The notes under the pieces: model-generated | Databases searched by the model: none | What the model saw: the letters and a program-made list of their open reading frames with translations, nothing else | Told to the model about the DNA's origin: nothing | Position numbers and translations under genes: made by a program | Origin: an uncultured Pseudomonadota bacterium | GTDB lineage: Bacteria; Oederibacteriota; Muellerivitia; Muellerivitales; Muellerivitaceae | Assembly: GCA_963843375.1 (NCBI GenBank) | Contig: CAWJKT010000014.1 | Span: forward strand, 64,001-128,000 | DNA length: 64,000 nucleotides | Reading direction: 5' to 3' | In this document: positions 60,728 through 64,000 of the stretch, piece by piece | Layout: each line of letters opens with the position of its first letter | How positions within the stretch are numbered: position 1 is the first letter of the stretch

Positions 60728-61129
60728 TCGGATCACCCAAAAGCTTGTCAAAGAATGGCTTCAAAAAGCTGATCCCGATATTCGGCTAGCGGAATTCCTC
60801 TTGACCGAAAACACCCCCTTTTTGGATGCCGCAGCCTTCCATTGCCAACAAGCTGTTGAAAAGTATTTAAAAGCCTTTCTTATAGCCATCAAATAGAATT
60901 TCCGAAGACACATAATATCCGTGAATTACTTGGTTTCGTTGCGAGTGTTTATAAAAAACTCGCCGAATACCTGAAGCCATCTACGATTTTGTCACCATAT
61001 GGGGTGCTGGTTCGTTATCCAGATGACGCCCAGTGCGTCGATCCCAAGAAGGCGACTATAGCTGTAGGATTGGCCCAAAAAGTCGAGAAAAGCATAAAAA
61101 AGAAATTAAAACAGTTTTCAAAAGAATAG
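60711..61129 (+). pseudogene. HEPN-domain protein, frameshifted near 60887
   Basis: EWLQKA...FHCQQAVEKYLKA, then shifted frame HQIEFPKTHNIRELL...RYPD... to TAG 61129. Confidence 0.78.
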
Positions 61130-61200
61130 AAAGCTTAGAATGAATCTCCCTGCTGTAATACCCCGCCCGTTTGTAGATTTCAGCTTTTATAATCTTTTGC

Positions 61201-63621
61201 CTATCGGATCAAAAGTAACCTTTTCAATTTTTGACTGAAAGGTTCTACGAGATAGAGGATGTAAACCCCGCTGGCGCATTTATCCCCATATTTGTTGGTG
61301 CCGTCCCAATGATAGGACTGGCTGAAGGGGGCGCTTAAAACCTGGTTATCCAGGGTCTTGATATGTTCTCCCGCGCTGTTATAAATCCACAGACTGTAAT
61401 TCCCTGGAAATTGAGAGTATTGAACAAATATGGAAACCGGACTGTCATTCGTGGCGTTATAGACGTTTTGCGCCACATAGAAGGTGTCGATATTAGGGAT
61501 CGGTGTAGGTGTTAGGGTGGGGGTAAATGTAATGGTGGCGGTAGCTGTATTCGTTGGTGTTTGGGTTGGAGTGCTGGTGATTTTCGGCGTAGGTGATGGG
61601 GTGGCGGTAGGAGTTTGGGTGGGTGTGCTGGTTATACATCCACTGTTGACCGTAAGGTTGACCGAGTTGGATTGAACCGTTGAAACCCCGCCGTCACCCG
61701 TCACGTCAGCAACATTAACGGATGTACCGCAGGTGACGACCGCCGACAAGGTAATGGCCCCGGTTAGATTGTAAGTGGTCACCGGATGAGTTCCGCCCAA
61801 GTCCCATTCCAGGTAATTGCCAGTTTCCTGGGTGGGGGACTGTGGGGTAGAGGAAACAAAGGTTTCGGCTGTGGGGAGAGTATCCCAAAGGCGGGGATTT
61901 ACAACTGGCGAGGGTCCATAAAGTTTCAGGTTCGAATAATAGTCCGTTGAAGCTGTTCCATCCGCCTGCCAGCCCATTTGGTAAGTTCCACCGTCAATCG
62001 GGGTGCAGGGAAGAGGACTCGAGTCGTTGACGTTGATGCTCCAGGTAGTCGGTTCGGGAGCGCTTTGAGGCCACACCTTTGCCTGGAAGTTCAGGACGCC
62101 GGCGTTGTAGGTAACCAAAACTTTTACCGTATACCAAACTCCGTACGTGATTGTGGTGCCGATCGATGAATCACATGGTGTGGCAGGGAAAGTAACGGTT
62201 CCCGTCTCGGAACTGTTTTTTTGAATGAATAAATTCCCTGGACCGCAATCTATGGAAATCCCAACCATATATGCGTCGTTGACTCCAGGGGCCTTCAAAT
62301 TATCGGCGATGACCATGGTGGCGTCGGCGCCTGGGGCGGCACCGGTAGGGATATACATACTGCCTTCCACCATGAAATTGTTGCAAAGATTGACGACGGG
62401 GAGATTCCGAAGCAGTGTTGGAAAATTATTCACAGTGGTGCCTGAGTTACAGGTGCTATAAGCGCAAGCCTGGATAGCGTTGTTTCCGGAACCAGCTGGG
62501 TCAGGTTCGACCGTAAAACCGCCCATCCCTCCGGTGTTGGTGTAGGTGTACCCAGTTCCGTCATATCCTTGTATGGACCCGTTGGAAGTTCCTGTTGTCT
62601 GGTTGTCATAGTTGTCGTCAACCTGGAGACTTTCCCCGCTGACCTGGTAACTAAGGGTATAAGTCACGGTTTGGCCGCTGCTCAAAGAGGTTTCGGATTC
62701 ACTTTTTAATAATGTAAAACCCCCAACCCCGATGTTGACCTGGGCTTCATTTGAGGTTACTGTTCCGGCCGTCGAGGAAGTAGCGGTGGCGGTGTTCGTG
62801 ATAATTGTACCGGAGGCAACGCCGCTATTTACTTTGGTTAAAAACCAGACCGCGCCCGATTGCGGCGACAAAGTCGCCGGCAGGACCCAGGTAATAGTGC
62901 TCCCGTTTAAGGTGCCACCGGGACTGATAGAACCTGAGGTGGCCGCCAAAGCGGTTCCTCCAGGGATGGTTTCGGTAATGGTCACCGGTCCTGTGTTGAC
63001 ATAAGTGTAATTAACATTGAAAAGCACCAGGTCCCCGGGATTGGCCGAACTCCCGTCCGCTACATCTACCAATGTGATATTAGCCGGAGGATAGGGAAGA
63101 GTCACGGTAGTGGTGGCGGTGGAAAGGACCCCGCCAGCGCATTGGACATAATAGGCTCCAGCGGAAATATCCAGGTTGTAAGTTCCCCCGCTTAGATTGG
63201 TGGGGATGGTGACGTTAAAAACTTGGGTATAGGGGCAAGGTGGTGGGGTATTGGGAACCGGCACGCCTGCCCAACCATTCCCCCCCGGATCCGAAGCGTC
63301 ATCCTGACTGGATGAAACACTACTGACACCGGTTGGCGTCGTACCGCCATCTACTAAAAGAACCTGGTTAGCCGCCGGACAGGATTGAATGGTGGTGGAA
63401 CTTGAGTTTAAAGCTACAAGCCAGTAAGGCGTCACGTTTGCGTTGGCGCAATAAACCACCGTAACGGCGACCACCGAACCTGGAGCGGGGTTGTTATTGG
63501 AAATGGAAATACTATTAATAGTTACTTGGGCTAGGGCAAAATGGGCCATTAAGTAGAATGGAAAGAAGTAAAGAAAACTTTTTTTGAAACGTTTTAAATT
63601 AAACAAAGGGCCTTGGATCAA
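61201..63621 (-). CDS. Secreted multidomain protein (DUF11-like domains, lectin-like insert, Thr/Pro linker, T9SS/FlgD-Ig-like tail)
   Basis: Signal ...HFALA-Q; PGDLV...ETIPGG and GQTVTYTL...DTLP motifs; TPT linker; IYNSAGEHIKTL...WDGTNKYG...ASGVY. Confidence 0.8.
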   Translation of the reverse strand: MIQGPLFNLKRFKKSFLYFFPFYLMAHFALAQVTINSISISNNNPAPGSVVAVTVVYCANANVTPYWLVALNSSSTTIQSCPAANQVLLVDGGTTPTGVSSVSSSQDDASDPGGNGWAGVPVPNTPPPCPYTQVFNVTIPTNLSGGTYNLDISAGAYYVQCAGGVLSTATTTVTLPYPPANITLVDVADGSSANPGDLVLFNVNYTYVNTGPVTITETIPGGTALAATSGSISPGGTLNGSTITWVLPATLSPQSGAVWFLTKVNSGVASGTIITNTATATSSTAGTVTSNEAQVNIGVGGFTLLKSESETSLSSGQTVTYTLSYQVSGESLQVDDNYDNQTTGTSNGSIQGYDGTGYTYTNTGGMGGFTVEPDPAGSGNNAIQACAYSTCNSGTTVNNFPTLLRNLPVVNLCNNFMVEGSMYIPTGAAPGADATMVIADNLKAPGVNDAYMVGISIDCGPGNLFIQKNSSETGTVTFPATPCDSSIGTTITYGVWYTVKVLVTYNAGVLNFQAKVWPQSAPEPTTWSINVNDSSPLPCTPIDGGTYQMGWQADGTASTDYYSNLKLYGPSPVVNPRLWDTLPTAETFVSSTPQSPTQETGNYLEWDLGGTHPVTTYNLTGAITLSAVVTCGTSVNVADVTGDGGVSTVQSNSVNLTVNSGCITSTPTQTPTATPSPTPKITSTPTQTPTNTATATITFTPTLTPTPIPNIDTFYVAQNVYNATNDSPVSIFVQYSQFPGNYSLWIYNSAGEHIKTLDNQVLSAPFSQSYHWDGTNKYGDKCASGVYILYLVEPFSQKLKRLLLIR

Positions 63622-63672
63622 CAGGGAACCTCCAGAAACTGGTGAAGAGGGCGCCGGTAAAGCAAAAGTTGC

Positions 63673-64000
63673 TTAGCGAATCAGCATTATTCTCTTAAGT
63701 TTAACGCCAAACGGCTCGACGAGGTAAAAAATATATATTCCACTGGCACATCTTTCATTGTACTTGTTGGTCCCGTCCCATAAGTACGATTTAACAATGG
63801 GATTACCGAGATTTTGAGAATCCAGGGTTTTAATATGTTCTCCCGCCGAATTGTAGACCATTAAAGAATAGTTACCGGGATAAAGCGCATAAGCTACAAA
63901 AATGGAAACGGGGCCATTAGCAGGGTTGAAAGCGTTTTCCGAAACATAAAAGGTATCGGCCGGAGTGGGGGTTGGGGTGCAAGTATTACCGGGATATCCG
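63673..64000 (-). CDS. 3' end of another protein with the same C-terminal domain (truncated by the window edge)
   Basis: Open frame ...TPTPTPADTFYVSENAFNP...VYNSAGEHIKTLD...WDGTNKY...ASGIYIFYLVEPF...LIR. Confidence 0.8.
   Translation of the reverse strand, partial: GYPGNTCTPTPTPADTFYVSENAFNPANGPVSIFVAYALYPGNYSLMVYNSAGEHIKTLDSQNLGNPIVKSYLWDGTNKYNERCASGIYIFYLVEPFGVKLKRIMLIR

Noticed and set aside
60009..61200. Prophage or integrative element at tRNA-Gln
   Set aside because: No integrase and no duplicated tRNA 3' end noticed in the window

Overview
Bacterial chromosomal DNA (about 50% GC by eye) from a diderm that uses HrcA/CIRCE regulation; the lineage cannot be fixed from sequence alone, and a poorly studied candidate phylum is a guess. 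Housekeeping content: rqcH, a fadD-thiolase-HAD-ECH-patatin operon, HU, groESL, a MoxR/Bat operon, yicC-gmk-rpoZ-coaBC, family-4 UDG, gltX and tRNA-Gln(CUG). Accessory content: (i) a multicopper oxidase, two AcpA/phospholipase C paralogs and an NHL lipoprotein transcribed divergently from an 11-gene T2SS-like cluster, with a Pho-box-like triple repeat between them; (ii) hicAB and MNT-HEPN toxin-antitoxin pairs; (iii) four proteins ending in a T9SS/FlgD-Ig-like C-terminal domain, two of them translationally coupled to their own PorV-like beta-barrel. The best candidate for an undescribed system is 44641-57079: a 2253-aa Thr-rich surface protein, a PorV-TPR barrel, an inner-membrane protein fusing an RsbW-type kinase, a sensor/HAMP region, a SpoIIE phosphatase and a transposase-like HTH, then a STAS protein and a TPR protein. 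This looks like a trans-envelope partner-switching pathway. About 11 single-base frameshifts, including one in groEL, suggest uncorrected indel errors in the assembly. All calls come from motif reading; no database searches were run.
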